A stretch of DNA of 64,000 bases, from positions 1-64,000 of the IMG/VR virus record IMGVR_UViG_2516653058_000003; one strand, written 5' to 3'. Within the stretch, counting starts at the first letter, position 1, and every line of letters begins with the position of its first letter. The position numbers and the translations under genes were made by a program. The stretch comes from a virus (taxonomy: Duplodnaviria > Caudoviricetes). The notes beneath the pieces are model-generated. The model was given only the letters and a program-made list of their open reading frames with translations. It was not told the origin of the DNA and did not search any database. Of the stretch, positions 1-9,500 are shown in pieces.

Positions 1-24
1 GCCTGAATCCTTGGTGGGGTGTGT

Positions 25-1605
25 TTAAGGTATGGGGTAGGCTCTCTCTTCGAACAGCCCCCATTGTATGCTTTCGGTGACGGATAAATACGTGACCTCC
101 TCCCCTGTAAACGACCCTGTGTTAGACCCTAATAACTGCCAAACCCTTGGGCCATTGTTGCCATTACCCGTTAAGTACAGATAATCAGGGGTGATGGCCG
201 TCCCTAGGTCTATTTGTACCCATCCTGCTGTATAGCTTGCCGTCCAATGTGTCGTCGTATCGGAGTCGAATGCGAACCATGCGGAGTGGCCAAGGTATAT
301 ATCACTAGCTGACGCCTCCAGAGGCGGCTGGCTATCACTGCTCATATCGCTAGGGTAGCGGGTTCCAGACTTAGCAACCCTAAACTGCGCCTCTACGACA
401 GACCCTGAGAAAGGTTCATTAATATTTAACCTAAAATATCTGGAACCGCCTGCTCCCGTAGTCAGGTCCCCTGTTACCGTAGAATCCCCTGATACATCAC
501 CGGCTAACCCAGCAGAGATAGACGCATTCCCTGTGATTATGGAGTCACCTGACACATCCCCTGCCATCCCTGCCCCGATAGACACGGTTCCGGTGATTAT
601 GGAATCCCCTGAAACAGCTCCAGAAAACCCGGCCTCGACGGTTATATCCCCGGTAACAGAACTATCCCCGTAAACAGATCCCGATATTCCGGCCAAATCT
701 AAGAGAGGGTTTTCAACCGTGGTGTTGTCAGACAAATCGAGGACTTCGAATATAGGGCGGTAACTGATGCGGGACACAAGGTGGTGTAGGGGGCTGCCTA
801 TCTCCAAATAATCAGAAAGATACGGACGGAGGCATTTGACTTGCAGGCCAAATTTGCTCCAATCGCTGGCTTTAAATTCCACGGATAGAGACGGCACAAT
901 GAAATTCTTCCAAAACAACCATGTCATCGGTTTCCCGATAGGGCGGTTCAGTTGTATTAACTGGACGGAATAATACTGTGGCCGGTAGATGGAAACCCCT
1001 ATTTCAACAGGCAAAGATTTAAACCATTTGACGGATGCTCCTGATGAAAACGCCAAAGTGTCTGTACCTGGCCCGACCAAAGGATACCTGTCATCCATAT
1101 CAACTACCGCATATTCCTCAGGGGATACCGGGGCGGTGAACGCATCGACAACACAGACACTTAGTTTTCCGGGGTCCGAAGGTTGGTATATGACCACAGT
1201 GTCCCCGGGCACCAATGTAAATCCGGTAGGCCCTGTCAAATGGAACCCTGTGTGTTTACCAATAGGCAAATCCGAAGATACATTGGCAATATCTCCGCCC
1301 ACCTCGGTGGACAGCGCGTCATAATTGGCGATGCGGTTAGACACTAAAAAGTTTAAGTTGCGGCGGCTAAATTCTTGAAGTGTTCCGGTGAATCCGGTGA
1401 CGGTGTTGGTGGTTGCAGAATCAAACAGCGAGAGAGGGTGGCCTGCACGTAAGTCGGCCATATTGGATTGGATGTCCAACTTCACATTGTCGATATACCC
1501 AACGGAGTGGTCTGCAGTCAGCAACCCGGCCTCGGTCAGTTCCCCAATACGAAGCTCACAGGTTCCGATAAATGCTTTCGCTGTTTTTGGTACTCCTATA
1601 CCCAT
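25..1605 (-). CDS. Tail-tube (major tail protein) paralog fused to four ~20-aa Gly/Ser repeats and a C-terminal F5/8 type C (discoidin)-like domain
   Basis: N-terminal ~290 aa align with the major tail protein at 13555-14442 (44/60 identical in the first 60 aa by eye). Repeats of type GxVSGDSxITG follow. The C-terminus has SAWFAFDSDTTTHW..GWVQIDLG..PRVWQLLGSN, typical of F5/8C domains. Confidence 0.8.
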   Translation of the reverse strand: MGIGVPKTAKAFIGTCELRIGELTEAGLLTADHSVGYIDNVKLDIQSNMADLRAGHPLSLFDSATTNTVTGFTGTLQEFSRRNLNFLVSNRIANYDALSTEVGGDIANVSSDLPIGKHTGFHLTGPTGFTLVPGDTVVIYQPSDPGKLSVCVVDAFTAPVSPEEYAVVDMDDRYPLVGPGTDTLAFSSGASVKWFKSLPVEIGVSIYRPQYYSVQLIQLNRPIGKPMTWLFWKNFIVPSLSVEFKASDWSKFGLQVKCLRPYLSDYLEIGSPLHHLVSRISYRPIFEVLDLSDNTTVENPLLDLAGISGSVYGDSSVTGDITVEAGFSGAVSGDSIITGTVSIGAGMAGDVSGDSIITGNASISAGLAGDVSGDSTVTGDLTTGAGGSRYFRLNINEPFSGSVVEAQFRVAKSGTRYPSDMSSDSQPPLEASASDIYLGHSAWFAFDSDTTTHWTASYTAGWVQIDLGTAITPDYLYLTGNGNNGPRVWQLLGSNTGSFTGEEVTYLSVTESIQWGLFEERAYPIP

Positions 1606-1620
1606 AATCCCCTCCTTGGG

Positions 1621-3909
1621 TTAACTCAACAGGTAATAAGTGAATGTATGCCGTTGCCAGCTGTCCTTGCCGCCCCTAGTCGCCCACAGCTCAACTGTGT
1701 TCGAGCTGCCCACGTAGTGGGAGATGTCCGTATCGGCGCTGGCGGCGACAGCGTCGGCAAAATCAGCCGCTGAATAAGTGTATGTGGCGGCAGTCAGACC
1801 TGTCTGGTTTACCAGGCTCCCTAACAAGGAGTTAACCACCGTCAGGTTATAAGTCACACTTGTTTCGGTTGTGATGGAACCTTCGGACTGCAACACAAGA
1901 TAGGCTGTTTGCTGTGTCCGGTTACGGTGTGCCCACGTAATCACAAGGTCAATAGCCAAGGACAACACAGGCGGATATTCGGAACCGTTCAGTCGAAACT
2001 TTCCAGGGGGGTAAGGCCTGTTAGGCCGACCAGCCAACGTTGAAGTCACCACCGTGGCATCCGATCTGGCCAATGTGCCTAGCGGAAATTGTGGCCGGAT
2101 ATAACTATAGACCGTCTCCCCATCCCCGTACTCCCAAGTGCTGACGGCTTTTAAGGAGCTGGTGACATAAAGGCGGCTGGCACTATGTGCCATAGGTGTG
2201 GTGTCCAATATGCCCCGATCCAATGTGATCGAGTGAGTGCTTGTATCAATGGCGGATATCAGAACAACTTCATCGTCGATATACCCAAAATCCCCGACAG
2301 CCACGATGGACATATCGGTGTCGTCGGAATAAGTGAAAGTGGACACCAGTTCTTGGATTAAGCTTGGGGTCACACAGGATGGGCAAAAATACCCGGTGAA
2401 TATGCCATCGAACGGGCCTGATGGACCCACTCCGCTGGATTCAAACTGGAAAGAAGCAGCCAAACTGCCTGGTTTGACCGCCACCCCGGTCAGGAACGCG
2501 GCGGTGTCCGATTGTGCCAAAGCGTTTGGGGTGCCTACCCGTTTCATCACATCCCAGAACGTTGCCTCAATCGTACGTTGATTCGTAGCAGGTATAGGGG
2601 ATGGCGTGCTGGTGGGGATGCTTGGTTGGACAGAAGAGAAATAGGAAACCGCAGGCAGGGCGAAAACGTCCTCCGCCGCTTCGATGGTGATTGTGCGGTT
2701 TGCCAACGTGCCGTACCGGATAGCCCCGATACGCACCACCATGGAGGATATGTCAAGTTTGGCCCATTTGAACACCACTACATCACCGACCTTTAAGTTC
2801 CAGGCGGTACGGTTAGCAGTGAACTTCACTTTGCTTAACGGGGCGGACAATATCTGCAGGTCACGCTGGGCGACCCTGGCGGCGAGATCCCCGTTAGTGA
2901 TACCGGGGTAATCGGATGCGGTATTGACCACGGATTGTTGTACCTGGATATTGGCGATGTCCTGTACCGTCACACCGTGGGTATTGCCGGTAAACCGGTC
3001 TGTGTACCGGACAGTCACTTCATTGACGGTTTCACTCCAGGACGCACGTTGGTAACTATCGACACTGATGATATTTGCTTCGTCGAATATTGGCAGATCC
3101 CCGACCGTGTAGTCCGCCCTTAATAATGTAAGCTCAAATTTTCCGGTAGTCCGTGAAACAACCAAGACCCCGTTGATATGGTTCAGGATTTTTTGGATAA
3201 ACTCCTCAATAGAAGATTGCCGGTCCCAAAGGAAGGATAACCCGAATCCTTCGTTGAACAGCGTGATTGCCGCATACTCGAAAGAAGTTGCGTCCACCTT
3301 GGTAGTGGAGTACCCCATGTTCTTGGAATCAGTTATCAGCCACCGCAATGTATGTGCAGGGTTTGCGTCTATGTGGTGGTCAGGAGCAACGATGGAAGCA
3401 TAATCTGGCATCCAGTCGCTTTGGGGGATACGGCGAACCAGGAATGCCCAATTCTTTAAATATGGGTTTACCCCAATATAAACCCGCTTGAGAATCAGGG
3501 ACACGACGCCACGGAATGCCGGGGTGAAATCCCCGAATTGGGTCTGCAGGTACGGGTCTTTGACTTGGGTGGCTTCCCCTAAGCGAAGGCCAACCGTGCC
3601 TCTAACCCCTCCTTCGCGCATGTCCCCGCCGAAAAGCTCCATCTTATCGACTTCAAAATCGACCGATGACTGTAATCCAACTGTGGTGAATCCGGCATAC
3701 CCAGAGGTTGGGGTTTCAGCGGCGAAAGAAGCCCCGAAGTTAACAGGCAACTGGTCCACCGGAACCCCTGTTGATGTGTTGTCCCAGCCGTACAAAATCC
3801 GGTCACCGACCGTGATGCCTAGTAGCGCGTCGATCTTTCGGGCAATAACCAGGTGCATACCTAAGTAGTACCTGTACCCGATAATATTACCCCCCGCTTT
3901 CGATGGCAT
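1621..3909 (-). CDS. Central tail/tail-tip protein (Phage-tail_3 / GTA-type host-specificity-like)
   Basis: 762 aa with GYRYYLGMHL start, PAFRGVVSLI and NPYLKNWAF motifs; last large gene of the tail-tip module. Confidence 0.8.
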   Translation of the reverse strand: MPSKAGGNIIGYRYYLGMHLVIARKIDALLGITVGDRILYGWDNTSTGVPVDQLPVNFGASFAAETPTSGYAGFTTVGLQSSVDFEVDKMELFGGDMREGGVRGTVGLRLGEATQVKDPYLQTQFGDFTPAFRGVVSLILKRVYIGVNPYLKNWAFLVRRIPQSDWMPDYASIVAPDHHIDANPAHTLRWLITDSKNMGYSTTKVDATSFEYAAITLFNEGFGLSFLWDRQSSIEEFIQKILNHINGVLVVSRTTGKFELTLLRADYTVGDLPIFDEANIISVDSYQRASWSETVNEVTVRYTDRFTGNTHGVTVQDIANIQVQQSVVNTASDYPGITNGDLAARVAQRDLQILSAPLSKVKFTANRTAWNLKVGDVVVFKWAKLDISSMVVRIGAIRYGTLANRTITIEAAEDVFALPAVSYFSSVQPSIPTSTPSPIPATNQRTIEATFWDVMKRVGTPNALAQSDTAAFLTGVAVKPGSLAASFQFESSGVGPSGPFDGIFTGYFCPSCVTPSLIQELVSTFTYSDDTDMSIVAVGDFGYIDDEVVLISAIDTSTHSITLDRGILDTTPMAHSASRLYVTSSLKAVSTWEYGDGETVYSYIRPQFPLGTLARSDATVVTSTLAGRPNRPYPPGKFRLNGSEYPPVLSLAIDLVITWAHRNRTQQTAYLVLQSEGSITTETSVTYNLTVVNSLLGSLVNQTGLTAATYTYSAADFADAVAASADTDISHYVGSSNTVELWATRGGKDSWQRHTFTYYLLS

Positions 3910-4093
3910 TCCGTTGCTCCGCTTGTTGTATCAACCTTTCGACCATGGCATCCTCGCCTCCGGCCCTTAATTCTTCATAAGTCAGCCCCTCCCGGAGCAG
4001 CTTATCCCACGACAACCCTTTCTTTTCGCAAAATTCCCTAGCCCCTCTGGAGCAGTAATTTAGTGCCCTTACATCTTGAATAGTTACGGTCAC
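3887..4093 (-). CDS. Small conserved tail assembly protein
   Basis: 68 aa, YCSRGAREF..GLSW motif seen in tail-tip modules of proteobacterial siphoviruses; overlaps its neighbours. Confidence 0.7.
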   Translation of the reverse strand: MTVTIQDVRALNYCSRGAREFCEKKGLSWDKLLREGLTYEELRAGGEDAMVERLIQQAEQRNAIESGG

Positions 4094-4434
4094 GACCCAC
4101 CTCCTGACGACCCTCCACCCGGTGCGGGAATCGGGTCCGTATACGGGTTGCCGTACCAGACGACGTTAGGCCCTTTGATACGGACAGTGCCGATCACCTC
4201 TGGGATAGCCCTGCCTTCCCCTGCGGTCGGCACTTGGAAATCGGAAAGGCTGGCAGCGGCAGGCGGTATGGGGCGGGGTCTGAATACTGTTGAGATGACC
4301 GTTGCCACGATCATCAATATTAAGGCGATGATCTCACTGATGCCGAAATCTGCGGCCAAGGTGGTGGTTGGGTGCCCTAAATAGACCCCGTACCAAAAAA
4401 CACAGCTAAAAACGAAATTAAGTAATATTTTCAT
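4090..4434 (-). CDS. Tail assembly protein with hydrophobic N-terminus
   Basis: LSDFQVPTAGEGRAIPEVIGTVRIKGPNVVWYG motif of tail-tip modules; start moved to ATG 4434, just after the upstream stop. Confidence 0.7.
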   Translation of the reverse strand: MKILLNFVFSCVFWYGVYLGHPTTTLAADFGISEIIALILMIVATVISTVFRPRPIPPAAASLSDFQVPTAGEGRAIPEVIGTVRIKGPNVVWYGNPYTDPIPAPGGGSSGGGS

Positions 4435-4435
4435 A

Positions 4436-5272
4436 TCAGTACAACGTCGCCCCATTGAATGGATTGTCTAACGGCATGAAGGGTTGCCCGCCGTAATTGT
4501 CCAAGTTATTGAATTTTTCAATGCAGTCGGTCAGCGTATGATTACAGCCGGGATAGAGATTAATTGAGGTGCCGACTTCCAAATCTCTTCCGTAAGTGTC
4601 TCCGGGCGGCATGAAAGGAAAATTAACCGAAAGGGTGGTGGCGTCGTTGGACGTGATGAACCGATACTGGAGGCCTATCGAGGATGTCCATGACATCATC
4701 CCGCCATTGAAGCTGTTGGCTGTCAACATGCCGGAGACCGCGATGACTAAACCACTGACGCTGGAGACGGTGGCTATGACCTTAAACGCTTCAGGGTCTA
4801 CAAGACACCCGCCTTCGTCCTGGCCGTAGAGGATGTGCGGGCATTGGCGCTGGAATATGCGGCGCAAGCCCAGCCGCCTCATGGACGTCGAAATGGGTTC
4901 GCACTGTATTTCCACATGCGCCCCCATATACTCGGTAGTCCGTACCCGTCCAATCCAGACAACCACAACTTCGCTGTCGCCGTGGTGGCATTCCCAGATT
5001 GTCAGGAGAACCACCCCTGTGGGCGGGTAAAACTGAAACATCTGGGCAATGTCATTGCTACGGGGTACAGTGACTTTTAACACCTGTTTATTCAGTTCCG
5101 TGGTGCCACCGATCTCGGTATGGGAAATTTGTTCGGGGACAAACACCTCGGAGAATTGGTTGACCAAATATTCAGAGCTTGTATACCGCCACGTCATAAA
5201 CCCGTTGCTGAACTCATATAAATGGTAAGGTTCGCTATCGTAACTGCTGACTTCTAACGCATTAAATGTCAT
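4436..5272 (-). CDS. Baseplate hub-like protein (DUF2163/BR0599 family)
   Basis: FQRQCPHILYG..GC and the C-terminal LYPGCNHTLTDCIEKFNNLDNYGGQPF signature of BR0599. Confidence 0.85.
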   Translation of the reverse strand: MTFNALEVSSYDSEPYHLYEFSNGFMTWRYTSSEYLVNQFSEVFVPEQISHTEIGGTTELNKQVLKVTVPRSNDIAQMFQFYPPTGVVLLTIWECHHGDSEVVVVWIGRVRTTEYMGAHVEIQCEPISTSMRRLGLRRIFQRQCPHILYGQDEGGCLVDPEAFKVIATVSSVSGLVIAVSGMLTANSFNGGMMSWTSSIGLQYRFITSNDATTLSVNFPFMPPGDTYGRDLEVGTSINLYPGCNHTLTDCIEKFNNLDNYGGQPFMPLDNPFNGATLY

Positions 5273-6455
5273 GGTTTAGTGTCCTTACAGGAGTAACGGC
5301 CTTAGCTAATGACGCGTGCATATATGCCACTTCAATTCGGTCGGCATCGAACCTGACTAACCACAGGAACGAAAAACCGGTAACTTCAGAAGCCGTTATT
5401 GGCAGCGATGTATCAAGTGTCAAAGTTTCCAGATCTCCACCACTTGCCGAACTTACGATTTTTCGATAATAAGTGCTGAACGCGGAGGTGATGCGGAGGT
5501 GTTGGCGATGGGGCTTATTAGGCACCAAACGGGCATACGCCGAATCCGTGATGACAATGGATGTGCCTGTTATCGACACTATTTCGGCGTCCCACGTCCC
5601 TGACGGCACCCAAAAAGGTTTTAACCTTCCGGCACAGAAGTGAGAGAAACGGAGAAAGTTGGTAATGGCGTCATGGCCATTCAGGAACCATTGCTTAGGT
5701 TGCGCTATACCGGGGCTGTAGCTTTCAATATCGACCCAGGGCGATCCGACCCCATTGTCCAATGTGTCCGTTTTGTAAACGTAGTCTAAGGTTGTGCTTT
5801 GGCCTTGCTCGAAGGGCTGCTCAAGCACATAGAACCCAGCGTAGACCGGATAAGGTGTGTCAGACGCGTCGAACGGGGATAGGGATGGCAGACAGTTGAA
5901 CGAGATAATAGGTTCGGCTAATAGGCCAGTTGTGTGCACAACTGCTTGCTCTTTGTTCAATAGGGCAGGGATAACTGGATGGACTAATGTGCCAGGAGGC
6001 CAATCAACTGCGCCGTCTAGTTGAACCCCTGCCCCGTCGATTGCAACGACCTTCCTTAATTCATAAAGGGTAGGGTCTATGAACCCAACTATATAACCAT
6101 CGGCAATAAAGCCAGTAGTGGAAATAGGCAGATAATAGGAGAGGTCTTGGGTTGTGGTAGGTTGGAGCATCTCACCCCAGTTCCAATCAGGAACTCCATA
6201 TAGTGTGGAGGCTCCAGCCTGAAGGAAGTGGTTTAGGGCGGCTTTGTCAGAGCCTTGGGCAAATACTTGGTATTCGAAGGAGCGGCGGGGATATTGGCGT
6301 ATGGCGGCACGCTGTTCATCACCATTGAATGAGGTAAGGACGGATGTTTTCCATTCCCATCGTTCGATGAAATCGCGCTTGTAGTTTGGCCAGAACGGGA
6401 AAACCTCGATGGTCTTTCCGTTTATTGTATATTCCGGCCCACTGCTTTTATACAT
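5262..6455 (-). CDS. Distal tail/minor tail protein
   Basis: 397 aa between tape measure and BR0599 gene; WEWKTSVLTSFNGDEQRAAIRQYPRRSFEY and GRLKPFWVPS motifs; RBS AAAGGA. Confidence 0.7.
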   Translation of the reverse strand: MYKSSGPEYTINGKTIEVFPFWPNYKRDFIERWEWKTSVLTSFNGDEQRAAIRQYPRRSFEYQVFAQGSDKAALNHFLQAGASTLYGVPDWNWGEMLQPTTTQDLSYYLPISTTGFIADGYIVGFIDPTLYELRKVVAIDGAGVQLDGAVDWPPGTLVHPVIPALLNKEQAVVHTTGLLAEPIISFNCLPSLSPFDASDTPYPVYAGFYVLEQPFEQGQSTTLDYVYKTDTLDNGVGSPWVDIESYSPGIAQPKQWFLNGHDAITNFLRFSHFCAGRLKPFWVPSGTWDAEIVSITGTSIVITDSAYARLVPNKPHRQHLRITSAFSTYYRKIVSSASGGDLETLTLDTSLPITASEVTGFSFLWLVRFDADRIEVAYMHASLAKAVTPVRTLNHDI

Positions 6456-6523
6456 GTAAAATCCTTTTTACTGACGACCCATCCTGGGTTTGGGTAGTTT
6501 ACCAAACTACCTGGATAAACACA

Positions 6524-9500
6524 CTAGCGTAATGTTTCCCTGATACTTGAAGAGTTGTTGTGGATGGTGTTAAGGATCACTTTCTCCCCTTGTGAGCTGG
6601 ACATATAGTCGTGGACAACTGACGGATCCACGGCATTAATGACCCGGACATTAACTTGTGGGGCTGCAGGTTCGGATCCGTTGTAATTATTGACGGAGTT
6701 ATTGTTTTGCACGGACATGCCGGACAAGCTTTGCTTTGTGCTGATGGGTGAGCTATTGACGAACTGGGCCGCCCCGGCTGTATTTTGAACCAATGAGCCG
6801 GCGGCCAGGATAGTGGCTGCTTGATCTAGGATGGGTTTATATTTGTCGGCGGACAAATACCCGGCCAAAGCCCCATACTTAGTATCGGTGCCGGATGGCG
6901 ACAACAGCGTGGGGTCGCTTGTCGGCAGCACCGGGGCGTCGTTGTTATGGGCTGTGGCTGCTTTCAGGACGGCGTCATAATTGTCTACGCTGTCAAAATA
7001 TGAAGACAGCGTGGTACCAATAGACAACAGGCTGGTGCCTATTGACAAAGCAGACCCTGCCATGGATGCTGCTGACTTCGTGAACCCCAGATAACCTAAA
7101 AAGCCGTCGGCGTTGCTGGAGGTGTTTGTTGATACCCCTCCTGTGACACCCCCCATACCTTGAGGGACGGAGACGGAGGTGCCGGAAGGGGTTGCCCGAC
7201 CTGAAAACCAGGAAGAAATGGCATTGCGTATCCCGCCGGTATCGGCTGACTGGGTACCGGAGGCGACGGCTGTAACAGATGGGAGGCCGTCGGCAATAGT
7301 GACCTTCAGGTTTCCGGCGATGTCGTATTGGTTTTTCTGTTCGCTGAATCCCAGGAGGTTCTTGATGCCCTGCCCCAAGAAATCCCGTACCAACGTGGAG
7401 ATGATACTTTTGGTAGAGTCGGAGAAAAACTTCGACAACTGCCCGCCGAGTGAATTCTCCCGTAAGACTTGAGCCTGCTGGGCTTTGGCAATGGCCACCT
7501 GTTGCGCGGCGGCAGCTTCCGCCGCTTTCTGTGCGGTGGTCGCTTGTTGGATAATCAATGTCTGGACGGCTTGGCTTTCTTTGGCAAAAGAAGGCGAGGC
7601 CTCAATTGGGTAGAGTAAATTAGCCCGGTTTGATACCGTTGACTGGTAATTGCCTTGGGCCTGGGCCACATTCTGCAGAGCGGATGACAAAGCTTGTAGG
7701 TCTTTTACGGCGGTGAAACCGTTGGCGATGAAATCCCCCACAACACTGGTGATCCCGTCTAACGTACCTGCCAAATGAGATTCCAGCTGTTGCCTAACTT
7801 CGGTGAAACCAGGGTTGAGTTTTTCAAACTCAGCAAGCACCCCAGAATCGCTGATTGCTCTAACCCCATCCATAAATGTGGCAGTCAACGTGGCGATACG
7901 GCCTTTATATTCCCCGATAGTCAGGTTAACTTGGTCTAATTGCTTGTGGGACTCTTCCAGGCGTTGAGTGAATAACGCCACCCCTTCTTCCGTAGTCGCC
8001 AAAGCCTTGGCCTCTTCCTGGGCTTTGATGACTTGTTCTATTGCTTGTTTGTGGGTTTCGGCGACGGATAACTGCCCTTGCGATTCAGCCAAGACTTGCC
8101 GGCTGGTCATATCCCTGCCGGTGGCTTGGCGGAAACCTTTTTGTTCATCAGTAAAAAGAGTGAACCGCTTACTGGACTGAAACTCCTTGTTTAGGTTATC
8201 CAGATATTTTGCTGAAGTGTCGGCCTGTTCTTTGTAGTGCTGGTTACGTATATTGCTGACACCATCATCCTTCCTAGCGGTTATGTCATCGGGCAGAGAC
8301 CTCTGGGCAATCATCGTAGCCAGCTCATTTTCGAGCCGTCTAAATGCCAACGCATCCCTATCCTTTTGTAAAGCTCCCAAACCTTTGAGGTTACCTGACG
8401 CAACAGCAAATTCGACGGCCTTATTGGCGGCCCTAAACTCTTTCCCTAAGGACGCTTTCTCCTTCTCAAGACGAAGCCGGTTAGCATCCTCCAGTAATAT
8501 TTTGCGTTCATCCTCCGCCGTTTTCCGCTTAGCGGCTAACTGGGCTTCTACGACTTTGGAATCCTCAAAGTGCAGTGATGCCAAGGCCCGGTCAACATTG
8601 ATAGATTCCAGTTTCAACCCGTACTGCTCATTAGCCAGCTGCACGGCTTGCTGGTCTAATGTATTTTCCAGTTTCGCCAATTGCACTTGGCGATTAACGT
8701 CATCCAGTTTGGCCTGAATAAGCGCCTGTTGTAGATTCAGGTCTTTTTCCTGTTGCTGCCGGTCAATACCAGCCAACGACGCGGAAGTGTCCCCAGGCAG
8801 GGTGATAGTTGAAGAGGTATATGCCTTAACCACATCAGCCAGTGCTGCCTTCAACTCTGCCGATGATATTGATACTTGGTTGTAAACCTGTTCCTTGGGG
8901 TCTGTGTACAGTTTTGCCCGTTCATCGACAGGCAGGTTCTTTAACCCGTCCAACTGGACAGCAGTTTGGCCGCTTTTATCAAAAAGCTCTTCAAAGTGCG
9001 CCACTTTTGTGGCCAAATCCCTCTCTGACTCCTGTTGCTTAATAGCCAGCAATTCCGCCTGTATGGCTTTTTCGCGGGCCAGGTTGCGGGTTTCCTTAGC
9101 CTTCTTTAGCTCCTCCTCCAGCATAGCTTCTTTGCTATTGTTAGCTAGGTCACCGATATACTGAGCCTGTCCCGCTTTGCTAGTGGCGGAGCTAAACTCG
9201 GACTCCCTCGCCATTTTTTCTTTGGCGAGTTTGTCAGCTATTTCTTTGTCCTTACGTTCCTTCTCTGTTTGAGTCTTTTTAGTTTCTAAATCAGTACGGG
9301 CTTCGTTGATCTGTTCGTCCAGAAATGTCAACAGCACATGGCGTTTTTCTTGTGCCGCTTTTTCTTCTTTGCTGACAGGGGTGACAAAGCCAGAGGAGTT
9401 GCTGGCAGGGCTGTGCGACATATCCCCTTCAAGCTTCCGTTTGGCGGCTTCCAAAGCAGAAATGTTGTTTTCAATAACTTGTTCGGTAGCCGTGGCGGCT

